Of a DNA stretch of 64,000 nt, positions 12,055 to 20,707 are shown one piece after another. Position 1 is the stretch's first letter. Each line of letters begins with the position of its first letter. Source of the stretch: an uncultured Nitrospinota bacterium (lineage in GTDB: Bacteria > Tectomicrobia > Entotheonellia > J063 > CAVPRW01); assembly GCA_963707985.1 (NCBI GenBank), contig CAVPRW010000034.1, positions 64,001 through 128,000 of the forward strand. The letters run 5' to 3'. Made by a program: the position numbers and the translations under genes. The notes beneath the pieces are model-generated. The model searched no databases. It was not told the origin of the DNA and saw only the letters and a program-made list of their open reading frames with translations.

Positions 12055-12366
12055 GTGCGTTGATGAATGACTGAGTAGCGAACCCGAATGCTCCCCACAT
12101 GGCGCATGCCGTCGATAGCACGGTATGCGCCATATCCCTACGACGTTGAGTTTCCTGCTTGGGTCATATATCAGTCCCCACTCTCAAGATTTCGATACTC
12201 TCTCCAGAGTGGAATCATACCGGGGTTCTATGCATCAGTAGCTGGTCGCCTGCATACGTATGAGCGGCCTAGCAGCTGCAGCAATTGGTGGTGTTGGTCA
12301 TTGGCACCCTCTATGCCCCAGAGGAAGACCACGCCGGCTGGACGGTTACGCAGGGTGCGTCAGGGT

Positions 12367-12555
12367 TTAGGCGTCAGTAATCTGCAGTGCGCCGGACGGA
12401 CAAGCGGCAACCGTTTGGCGGATCGCGGCTTCACTCGCGCTTTGTTGGTCAATGATAAACTGCCCGTCGACGACCTTGAACACGGCTGGGAGACCTCTGA
12501 CGCAGTTGCCTGCGTGGATGCACACCTGGGCATCATAGGTTACTTTCATGACCAT
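12367..12555 (-). CDS. Small divergent 4Fe-4S monocluster protein (YjdI/Fer4_19-like)
   Basis: CIHAGNCV...CPSGAL; strong GAGGAGG RBS. Confidence 0.85.
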   Translation of the reverse strand: MVMKVTYDAQVCIHAGNCVRGLPAVFKVVDGQFIIDQQSASEAAIRQTVAACPSGALQITDA

Positions 12556-12959
12556 CCCTCCTCCTCACTTGCGGCAGCCCGTAAGACATTCTCTTCCGAT
12601 ACAAGTGAGCACTCTAGGCTAGGCCATACCATGGCTGTCAAGGATAGGACTACGTAGCTATGGGCTAGACTGGTCGCCCAGGGGTCGCTGGGTCTCCTCA
12701 CCTCTCTGATCGCGAGCCAGTTCTGAGCCTATTCCCCTGCAGACGTGCTGGACAGGATCTTCGGTTTACCACCGCAGAGGAGCTATCTGTCATCTCAAGG
12801 TCAGATCAATTGACGCGCGTTGACACGTTCTCAAGGCTCCGTTAGACTCACCCCACGAGGCAGGGGAAGCGGTTGCTCGTGGCTATCTCCGCATGGATGC
12901 ATGGCTGGGAGGTAGCATAGGAAGACAGGACAGGTCGTGCCGAAGGGGAGGATGCCAGG

Positions 12960-13280
12960 ATGCGGCAGTGGATGGTATGGTTCGGGGCAGCTGTGAGCGT
13001 CATGGGGCTTCTCATGCTCATCGGCTGTGCGGCCACGTCGAGTCGGGAGAGTATCGGCGAATCGAGTGAGGACGCCGACATTACCGCTAGGGTGCAATCG
13101 AGCTTCACAGCTGACCCACTGGTGAGTGCCTCAGCCATCGGCGTTCAGACCACTCAGGGTGTGGTCCACTTGAGCGGCACCGTCAAGAGCGAACAGGAGC
13201 GGTACCGTGCCATCCAGTTGGTTCAGGGCGTGGCCGGGGTGAAGGAGATTATCGTCCGTAATCTGTTCGTGCAACGATAG
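12960..13280 (+). CDS. BON-domain (OsmY-like) lipoprotein
   Basis: Signal peptide with LIGC lipobox; DADITARV...I.V.T.QGVVHLSG.V...GVKEI. Confidence 0.88.
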   Translation: MRQWMVWFGAAVSVMGLLMLIGCAATSSRESIGESSEDADITARVQSSFTADPLVSASAIGVQTTQGVVHLSGTVKSEQERYRAIQLVQGVAGVKEIIVRNLFVQR

Positions 13281-13329
13281 CCCAGTGCCCCACTATGCGA
13301 ACTGGGCCCTATCTACGACAGCCGCGAAC

Positions 13330-13986
13330 GACCAGAGTTGCTCCTCCTCAAAGGCATCCTTGTCCTGTTGGAGATTACTGCCCATGAGGAACTCACCAGC
13401 GGGGATGAGGCATCTCAGGCTCGAAGGCTAAGCGGACAACGCTGCCCTGCTCGCGGGGCTGTGGGGATGTCAGTGCTGTACGTGCACCGGCCATATCGCC
13501 CTGCTCATCCGCGGCAGGCTTTACACCCCCTAACACCTTGTCCAGGACCTCGATTAACCGATCCACGTCATAGTGGAATCGCCTATCGCTAATCTCGTGG
13601 GCATGGCGCCGTGCCAACAGCTTCAGCACGTCCGGCAGGTCTGGGGAGCGTGGCATGTATGCGCCTTGAACCAGCGCGGGGATGACCCGAATATTGCGGG
13701 CAAGCGCCGCCGCAATTTCCAGCCGAACGAAGTCCTCTGGGTTATCGAGCCGCCGCCGTCTAGCATCATCGGTGATCGTCGGCCATTGTTTGCCAATCAG
13801 TGCGATCAGGGCATCGCACGAGCCCACAGCCTGCTCAATCACCTCGACGAAGTCGAGGCCGGGCTCAATCGTATCGATGTCCATAAAGACGTTGTCCCGA
13901 CCAAAATGTTGGCTGAGGCGGTCATAGAGCCGTCCAGCCCATCCCCCACTATCGTCCCGTCGATAGCTGATGAAGATCCTTGCCAC
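13330..13986 (-). pseudogene. TIR-domain protein with a frameshifted, truncated FGE-sulfatase (SUMF1-like) C-terminus
   Basis: GTG start after AAGGAG; IFISYRRDDS...VFMD...DFVRLEI. ORF stops at 13393, but a shifted frame continues (EPEM)LIPAGEFLMGS...EEEQ. Confidence 0.8.
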
Positions 13987-14297
13987 AGTATACTCCTTCC
14001 CCTGGGGCAAGGAGCGAAGGGACACCCACAGTTCGGGACAAGGGCAGCCTGCCCACTCGTGGGTACACCTATTGCTCACCCCTGGTGCAATCTGGCGCTG
14101 CTCCGGCGGCTAGGAGAGCACATGTCAAGTTGGCCGCAATTCTAGCAGACACACGCACTCGGGAGCAATAACGGGTTAAGGAGCACCCGTCGCGAGGCTC
14201 CAGCAGTGAGGCTCTGGTGATGCCTACCAAGTCTTCCGTATTAGGCGGTGTGATTTAGAACAAAGTCGTGGAAGGCGAGAGCCCATGCGCTGGCGTG

Positions 14298-16511
14298 TCA
14301 GGCCATAGCCTGTCGTAAACGCGCCGCGTCGTAACCAAAGGGTACGAATAACTCCAAGGCCGCGTCGAGCAGCATGGCCTGATACTGTGCCACATCGAAT
14401 CCATCATCCGGTCCCAGGCGCGGGAAGGCCCGCACCCGCTCCTCTTTGTTGGAGGCTCTGGCGTCGCGAATCAGATAGCGCACCCGCTCGCCCGGATGGA
14501 GATGGATGCCCACCGCATGCAACTGCCGTAAGGCCTGTACCGTGGCGTTTGCCACGCGATAGGCCTCCAACTCCTGCCCGACGGTCTTGGCGACCAGGAG
14601 TTGAAGTGCTGGAATATGCCCGGTCGCCAGTTGTTCCCAGGTATCTCGCAACACCTCCAGGGCTCTCGGCACGTGGACGGCGCAGTCGTCAAGGCTCTCA
14701 GCCTCGGCCAGTACCTCCAACATCGCCCATTGTGTCGCCTGGATGAACACCGGAACATCATGACGTCGGTAAGCTAGGCCACGCGCTTTCAGCGTCCCGT
14801 CCCAGAAAACGCCGAAGTAGCGATTGGCTACCGCAAGATGCGGCCGTACCTTGGAGGGGAGAAAGACAAGCCAGCGATAGCGCCCTTCCAGGCTCATGGT
14901 GACGCCAGTGGCCGTGCTGATCTCGTCGCACAGCGCCAGCAGTGCCTCCTCCGTCAAGCCCAATTGGCGAATCCACACGGAATCGGTGAGTGCGTGCAGC
15001 AGCTCATAACCGTGTGCTTCGCAGATCTCCTTGGCCTGCAGCAGCTTCTCCCGACCGAAGGCGGTCACGGCCTCATGGCTTTCAATCCGTCCGAAACGGG
15101 CATTGCGATAGCCGAGATAGCCAAAACACGTCACTCCAATCCATTTATGGGCGCGTTGGCGCTGGTCATAGAGCGCTGCTGCCTCAGGGGTGATGCCGCC
15201 CTCTTTCAGGCAGGTTTTGTAATAGGCCCGGCGCTTGATGAGCGGATCGAGCATAGTCGCCATTAACCCTTCGTACCGTTCGCAAATCGTGTAACCCGCC
15301 TCCGGGACTGCGTGGTTGTCGCAGCAACCGCAGAAGAGCGTTTCGGCGGAGATGTTGTGCTGGACCATGATGGTGGGGTACATGGCTGAAAAATCCAGCT
15401 CCGCGACATGCTCGAAAGCCCCCACTGGCGGTTGGAACACTAGCCCGCCTTTGTCGACCTTGAGGAGGACGTCGGCGGTCTTCCAGCGCTCGGGCTCCCC
15501 CTTGCGCCAGGGGATGAGGAGACGCCGCCGCACGGCCACATCGAGTTGCATCGAGGTGAGGATGGTGCCGATCGATGCCCGAGCGGTGCGTTGGACAGGG
15601 AGCCTGGCGAGGCGCGCCAGCTCGATGATGCCGGCAAAACCGGTTTCGTGATAGAGAAATGAGTGGGCACGATCGATGTGCCAGCGCCCATAGAGCGGAT
15701 ATGCTGGCGGAAAGTACAACATTTTGCCATAGGTGAAAAATGACTGGCCTGCGGTGACGAGGCGGCGTTCGACGGGAGTTGGTTCGCGATCGAGTGTCAA
15801 AGGCATTCGATGCTGGCGGGCCAGGCGGAGTAATGCCGGGAAGATCGTCGTATCGCCATAATCGGTAAGGATGAGATCCGGATCATAACGGGTGAGAAAC
15901 GCGTTGAGCTGATCGAGTAACTCCGCGGGGTCATTCGTGGTGCATTCGTAACGTTGGCCGTCGAGGGTGACCTGTAGTGTGTTACCGCGCTGGAGCGGGA
16001 TCAGCGGGTCCTGGGTAAGCTGCAGTTCCAGAATGCGCAGTGATGGGATGACGTAGTGCCGCTCCATGATCGACTCGCGCCCCCAAATGTGCGTAATGAT
16101 CTGCCCATCATGCTCGACCTCGCACTGGCCGAAGGGAAAGAGCTGGCGGCAGTACAGATAATATTGCGGCAGCGGCAGGTCACAATTGTAGAAGGTGAGA
16201 CGGGATTCGAACTCCGGTAAGCGTCGCAGCAACCGTGGGAACATCTGATAATCTGTGACCTCGAGCGCCAGGACCGTCACCAGCTCCCGACTCCAGAATT
16301 CTTGCTGCTTCGTCAATATGCAGCGGCTGCAGACTCGTGTCCGCAGTGTGGCACGTGCCAGAGCTTGCAGGTCATCCGATTGTCCGCGTGCATACAGCCG
16401 TGGGCGAAATGGGTCCTCGAGGCGCAGGAGCGTGCCATCTTCCTGATACAACCACACGACCATCGTCGTTTGTGCCGGATAGACGTCGAACAGCCAGCCC
16501 TGGCTGTGCAT
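14298..16511 (-). CDS. Family B DNA polymerase, archaeal PolB2/Dpo2-like (737 aa)
   Basis: N-terminus GWLFDVY; motif A ELDFSAMYP...HNIS.ET; motif B Q.AHKWIGVTCFGYLGY; altered motif C HALTDS; NRYFG; ARG...RRHD; no recognisable ExoI DxE. Confidence 0.9.
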   Translation of the reverse strand: MHSQGWLFDVYPAQTTMVVWLYQEDGTLLRLEDPFRPRLYARGQSDDLQALARATLRTRVCSRCILTKQQEFWSRELVTVLALEVTDYQMFPRLLRRLPEFESRLTFYNCDLPLPQYYLYCRQLFPFGQCEVEHDGQIITHIWGRESIMERHYVIPSLRILELQLTQDPLIPLQRGNTLQVTLDGQRYECTTNDPAELLDQLNAFLTRYDPDLILTDYGDTTIFPALLRLARQHRMPLTLDREPTPVERRLVTAGQSFFTYGKMLYFPPAYPLYGRWHIDRAHSFLYHETGFAGIIELARLARLPVQRTARASIGTILTSMQLDVAVRRRLLIPWRKGEPERWKTADVLLKVDKGGLVFQPPVGAFEHVAELDFSAMYPTIMVQHNISAETLFCGCCDNHAVPEAGYTICERYEGLMATMLDPLIKRRAYYKTCLKEGGITPEAAALYDQRQRAHKWIGVTCFGYLGYRNARFGRIESHEAVTAFGREKLLQAKEICEAHGYELLHALTDSVWIRQLGLTEEALLALCDEISTATGVTMSLEGRYRWLVFLPSKVRPHLAVANRYFGVFWDGTLKARGLAYRRHDVPVFIQATQWAMLEVLAEAESLDDCAVHVPRALEVLRDTWEQLATGHIPALQLLVAKTVGQELEAYRVANATVQALRQLHAVGIHLHPGERVRYLIRDARASNKEERVRAFPRLGPDDGFDVAQYQAMLLDAALELFVPFGYDAARLRQAMA

Positions 16512-16599
16512 GCCTAGAGGCCGCTCCCTTGACGGCCCATGCCGGGGACTCGTGTGCGCCGGTCCGCATCCCTCTGTACCGCTGGAAGCTCCAATGATG

Positions 16600-17037
16600 T
16601 CATTCGTGGGAGCCATCCTCAACCGCCTGCCCGCCTTCTCCCGTCTGGAACAGCGCCTGGTAGGGGAGTGTCCCTTGGGACGCTTCGTCCCCCTGGTTCT
16701 TGTTCCGGGGAGTGCGGAGGCGTTCGACCGCGCCTGGCAGTGCCGGTGGCTCCCGTGGTCTGTCAAGGACGGGAGGGAGGGTGTTCTGACCGAAGGCTTC
16801 GATCTGGGTGAGCAAGCGTTCGAGCTGTTTGTGATGCTCCAGCAGCATGGCCATGACGAGGACCTCGAAGGGCCATGGACGTGAGAGATACACCCCAGCT
16901 TGGACGTGGAGTTTGGCACAGTCGAAGAGACGATCAAAGGCGGCCTGATCATCCTTACGCAGCGCACGTCTAAATGGTGCCCAGGCACGACGTTCGTACT
17001 CGATGAGCTGGCTGAAGGGTGGAAGGGTTCGACCCAT
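16600..17037 (-). CDS. Small alpha-helical PolB2-associated protein (arCOG07300/PPB2-like)
   Basis: MGRT.P.F...E...W..FRRALRKDDQ..FDRLF..A..H...P....MAMLLEH pattern recalled for the PolB2 partner family; immediately upstream of polB2. Confidence 0.75.
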   Translation of the reverse strand: MGRTLPPFSQLIEYERRAWAPFRRALRKDDQAAFDRLFDCAKLHVQAGVYLSRPWPFEVLVMAMLLEHHKQLERLLTQIEAFGQNTLPPVLDRPREPPALPGAVERLRTPRNKNQGDEASQGTLPYQALFQTGEGGQAVEDGSHE

Positions 17038-17043
17038 CACATC

Positions 17044-17730
17044 TTACCTCCGACTGTCGGAACGTTGCATGATGAGAGACGCTGATGACTGACGTGAGTG
17101 CCTCGGCTTGACAAGCTGTACGTGACGGCGTCCCTCTACGGTGGACACGCGAATGCCCAACTCAACGGCTTTCACCAACTCGCGGGCGAACAAGGTCCGG
17201 CGTGTCCGATAGCTGTCGAGGGCCTGTGCCATGAGGAGCAGGGGGCCATGTATGCAGAGGGTTTCAATCTTTCTGAGCACGCGCTGGAAGAGGAGAAAGG
17301 CATCTTTGAACGGCACATTCTCATCAAAAAACGTCGTGCAGGGGCCCAGCAGGATGATGAGACCCACAGACTGTGAGGCCAAGAGGGGATCGAGTCGTTC
17401 GCAGAGCAAGGTGGCGACCTGATGGCAGGTGAACGCGCGGGCGATGTAGATGTGTCGCAGCCAGCGCTCAGGGGGCACCCGGCGCGCTTGTGCATCGGCG
17501 GCGATGGTGGTCACATCGAAGGCCATCGCCCCATCGATGATGGCCACGGCGAGCCCACGGTTGACGGCGGCAGCCGCCGTGCGTACGGCGATACGGGCGA
17601 CACCGGCATCACCCCAAAGTAGAGCGGAGCGCGCCTGCGGCGGTGGCGGTGGGACGGGGTGGATGGCAAGGAACGAGGGCAAAGCGGCCGGCTGGGGAGG
17701 GGCCATCGGCCGTGTAGCATGGGTTGTCAT
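17044..17730 (-). CDS. Inactivated RadA/RecA-fold protein (iRadA; ImuA analogue)
   Basis: IDGAMAFD and IYIARAFTCHQ resemble RadA core motifs; Walker A degenerate (WGDAGVAR, no GKT); Walker B lacks Asp (IILLG). Confidence 0.75.
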   Translation of the reverse strand: MTTHATRPMAPPQPAALPSFLAIHPVPPPPPQARSALLWGDAGVARIAVRTAAAAVNRGLAVAIIDGAMAFDVTTIAADAQARRVPPERWLRHIYIARAFTCHQVATLLCERLDPLLASQSVGLIILLGPCTTFFDENVPFKDAFLLFQRVLRKIETLCIHGPLLLMAQALDSYRTRRTLFARELVKAVELGIRVSTVEGRRHVQLVKPRHSRQSSASLIMQRSDSRR

Positions 17731-17816
17731 GCGGTGATTTCCCTCTGCATAGGACCTTCTAGACGCATCGCTGTCGACGTATGAGGTAGGGCAACCTTTG
17801 AGGATGCCCACCCGAC

Positions 17817-18425
17817 TTATGCCGACAGCGGCCGAAACACGGCGATCACCTTACCTGCGATGCGGACATGCTGCTCGGGTCGGAGGCGGATCAGAGGATA
17901 CCCCTGTTGCTGGTTCTCCGGCTTCAGCCACAGACCAGTGCGGCGGTGCAGTACCGTTTTCACCGTGATCTCTTCATCGATGGCAACCACGCCGATGTCG
18001 CCGTGCTCAACCCAGGGCTGGGTGCGGACGATGACGTAATCCCCCTCGTAAATTTGCCGGTCAACCATACTGTCCCCCTTCACCAGCAGGGCAAAGAGGG
18101 TCGAGCGATCATCCAGTAGACGATCGATCTCTAGATACCCTTCGATGTTTTCGGTGGCGAGGATCGGCGTCCCAGCAGCCACACGTCCGATGATGGGGAG
18201 CCCGGTGGGCGGCAGGTGTTCTGCGGCTAAGCGCAGGCCATGATGACGTCGGGCCATGGTCAGCACGCCCTTGCGTTCCAGGGCCTGCACATGTTGGTAT
18301 GCCGTCCGCACCGTGACTCCTAGTTGTGCGGCGATGTCGCGGTAGCTGGGCGCCTGTCCTGTCCGTTGTAGCCGTTGCTGGATGTAGGCCAGCACCTGGG
18401 CTTGCTTGCTGGTCAACTCCTGCAT
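17817..18425 (-). CDS. lexA: SOS transcriptional repressor LexA
   Basis: N-terminal wHTH LTSKQAQVL...PSYRDIA...LERKG; Ala-Gly cleavage site VAAGTP; catalytic Ser (GDSM) and Lys (TVK); GGAGGGAG RBS. Confidence 0.93.
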   Translation of the reverse strand: MQELTSKQAQVLAYIQQRLQRTGQAPSYRDIAAQLGVTVRTAYQHVQALERKGVLTMARRHHGLRLAAEHLPPTGLPIIGRVAAGTPILATENIEGYLEIDRLLDDRSTLFALLVKGDSMVDRQIYEGDYVIVRTQPWVEHGDIGVVAIDEEITVKTVLHRRTGLWLKPENQQQGYPLIRLRPEQHVRIAGKVIAVFRPLSA

Positions 18426-18465
18426 GGTCGTTCTCCCTCCTCCACAACGTGGTGACCCTGCGACG

Positions 18466-18494
18466 ACTATATCAACATTTTGTTGATATAGCAA
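18466..18494 (-). promoter_or_regulatory. Sigma70-type promoter of the lexA cassette overlapped by a perfect 11-3-11 inverted repeat (candidate LexA operator)
   Basis: Minus strand TTGCTA-N17-TATAGT; palindrome CTATATCAACA-ttt-TGTTGATATAG at 18467-18491. Confidence 0.75.
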
Positions 18495-18738
18495 GCTATA
18501 CAACATCGGCGCCCGTAAAAACCTAATCGAGGGCGCTGACGATCATTGGCGCAGAAATGCACGTCACGCCTTTTGGCGGCAGCCGACGGCGCGCGACAGA
18601 GGTGCACAACTGCATCGCCGGATACTGATCCAGCGTCGAGATGCACGCGGAGATGGCGGGACAGCGGGTGGATGATAAGGTCGAGGCGATGAAGGCTTAG
18701 AGGAACGTCTCAGATGTCGCGTGTATGGCAGGCACCCC

Positions 18739-20097
18739 CTAGCTGACCTCCTCGCCCGTCTGAAGAGCGCCGCTCACGGCGAGTCCGGACGCAACGCTGG
18801 TGAAGAGGTCGGATTCCTGGAGCTTTGCCCTCGGCAGGACGTCGCTCAGCATGTGTCGAAAGACCGGGATGCGGGAGGAGCCTCCGGTAGTGAGCACTTG
18901 GTCGATCTCCTCCGGGGCCAAGCCTGCCGCCGAGACCGCGAGCTCAACGCATCCACGTGCCGCATAGACCTGAGGGGCCACAGTCGCGTCAAAGACGGCG
19001 CGCGTGAGCGAATGATGTAAACGGAGGTCTGCGTTGACGAGGCGCATCTCCGTCTCGAGGTGGTCCGACAGGCTGACCTTGGCGCCTTCCACCGCCTGGA
19101 AGAACGCCACACCATAGTTCTTCTCGACCAGTGTTTCGAGCGCCGCCAGTTGCTCCGGCCGGTCGAACTCACGCTTGCATCGGCGGATCAGCTCCATATT
19201 CCGCGGCGTGTTCAGCTCAAGGATGGTCTGCCAGCTGCGGAGTCGAGTGAATAGATGGCGTGGCAGCGGCAGCCCGGTAGAGCGCTGGACGGCGCCATCG
19301 CCGAACAACGGCGTCAGCTGCGTCTCGACGATGCGGCTGTCCAGGAGGTCTCCGCCAATGGCCACCCCCTGTGTCGCGAGCGTCTGCACGCTGCCGCAGG
19401 AGACCCTAGCGACGCAAATGTCCAGCGTGCCACCACCAAAGTCGAAGACGAGGACGTGCCGGGCGTCTCCAAGATTGTGCCGAACGGCAAAGTGGCGGAT
19501 CGCGGCGACCGGTTCTTCGACGAAGTGCACGTCCGCGACCCCGGCAAGCCTCCAGGCTTCGCGCAGTCTCTGACGCGCCAGGGCGTCCGCTACGGGATGC
19601 TCAGAAAAGCACACTGGCCAGCCGACGGCAAGACTCGTAAAAGGTTGCCCGAGGGCCGCTTGAATCCTTGACAGCAGCTCTCGGGCGAGAAGGCTCAGGA
19701 GCTCTTCGATGGTGTAGTGCAGGCCGAAAACGTTGGTCGCTCGGAAGGACGACACCGGTAAGAAGCGTTTGAGCGACTGGAACAAGCGGCCGGGCTCACT
19801 CACGTCGATGAGCGCATACGCATCCTGCACCATTGTCCCGATCTCGGCGAATACCATCGTCACTTCGCCCACGCGCTGCATCTCATAGTGGACTGCTCGA
19901 CCGGTGTTCTGCTCCAGGTAGCGCGACAGGGCGTTCTGGCCGAACCAGACATCGCCCGACCGTTCGATATAGACGAGCGAACGCATCACACTTGGATCGG
20001 ACGCCGCGCGGTCCAGCGGGAGCAGGTGGATCGAGCGGCCGTCGTAGACCGCCGCACTCGAATTGGATGTGCCGAAATCAACGCCAACGCAGAGCAT
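18739..20097 (-). CDS. Hsp70-family ATPase lacking a substrate-binding domain (YegD-like)
   Basis: GVDFGTSNS; EEPVAA; VFDFGGGTLD; TGGSSRIP; FTSVASGL. Confidence 0.88.
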   Translation of the reverse strand: MLCVGVDFGTSNSSAAVYDGRSIHLLPLDRAASDPSVMRSLVYIERSGDVWFGQNALSRYLEQNTGRAVHYEMQRVGEVTMVFAEIGTMVQDAYALIDVSEPGRLFQSLKRFLPVSSFRATNVFGLHYTIEELLSLLARELLSRIQAALGQPFTSLAVGWPVCFSEHPVADALARQRLREAWRLAGVADVHFVEEPVAAIRHFAVRHNLGDARHVLVFDFGGGTLDICVARVSCGSVQTLATQGVAIGGDLLDSRIVETQLTPLFGDGAVQRSTGLPLPRHLFTRLRSWQTILELNTPRNMELIRRCKREFDRPEQLAALETLVEKNYGVAFFQAVEGAKVSLSDHLETEMRLVNADLRLHHSLTRAVFDATVAPQVYAARGCVELAVSAAGLAPEEIDQVLTTGGSSRIPVFRHMLSDVLPRAKLQESDLFTSVASGLAVSGALQTGEEVS

Positions 20098-20169
20098 GAC
20101 TCCCCCAAAGGCACCAACCAGGGCCCGATGGAGGCAGCGGCATAGCGGCATCGAGTCCCTACCGTGCAG

Positions 20170-20544
20170 TTATTGGCCCAGCTTGCCAATCCGGAGGTCG
20201 AGAAGCTGGGCAATCACTTCGAGTAAGCGGTCTGGCACAAAGGGCTTGGACAGCAAGGGAACCCCAAGGCTCGTCGAGATATCGACCGTAGAGTCATCGG
20301 CAAAGGCTGAGAGCAGGATGATCTTCACGTGTGGATTGCCGCGTTTCAAGCGCGCGGCCAACTCTGTGCCCAGCAACGAGGGCATGCGGACATCGGAGAT
20401 GATCAAGTCGAAGGACTGACAGCAGCACAGGGTATAGCCCTCGCCGCCATCCGTGGTCCAGACACCTTCAATCCCTTTATCCGCCAGAACCTCGGTCAAA
20501 AACTCGCAGAAGGTCTGGTCGTCATCGATGATCAAAGCTCGCAT
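20170..20544 (-). CDS. Single-domain response regulator (receiver)
   Basis: LIIDDD; ISDVRMP; LSKPF. Confidence 0.9.
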   Translation of the reverse strand: MRALIIDDDQTFCEFLTEVLADKGIEGVWTTDGGEGYTLCCCQSFDLIISDVRMPSLLGTELAARLKRGNPHVKIILLSAFADDSTVDISTSLGVPLLSKPFVPDRLLEVIAQLLDLRIGKLGQ

Positions 20545-20579
20545 ACACGCCTCCATGTTTTCCTGCATGCTATCCTTCT

Positions 20580-20595
20580 AGCAAAAGGAATGCCT
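20580..20595 (-). promoter_or_regulatory. Sigma54 -24/-12 promoter (receiver and Hsp70-like genes)
   Basis: AGGCATTCCTTTTGCT, GG-N10-GC spacing. Confidence 0.6.
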
Positions 20596-20690
20596 CGCGG
20601 AGAGGGCGCCCACCATCCAAGCGATGGGGCTCCTCAAGCACCTCATGCAGGACATCGATGCCGACCGGCTGTGGCGAAGTGGAGGACCAC

Positions 20691-20707
20691 TGGGGCATTT
20701 TGCCCCA
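20691..20707. promoter_or_regulatory. Candidate enhancer (UAS) palindrome
   Basis: TGGGGCA-ttt-TGCCCCA, about 95 bp upstream of the sigma54 site. Confidence 0.55.

Noticed and set aside
12088..12657. 189-aa plus-strand ORF and the many other antisense ORFs in the track
   Set aside because: Shadows of real genes in GC-rich DNA; no motifs or RBS
12810..12823. FNR/CRP-like box TTGACGCGCGTTGA upstream of the BON gene
   Set aside because: Right half-site is imperfect, it is a single instance, and no such regulator is in the window
16512..16988. 159-aa N-terminal extension of the polymerase ORF (896 aa in the track)
   Set aside because: Overlaps the partner gene in another frame and is low-complexity; family-like sequence starts at MHSQGWLFDVY
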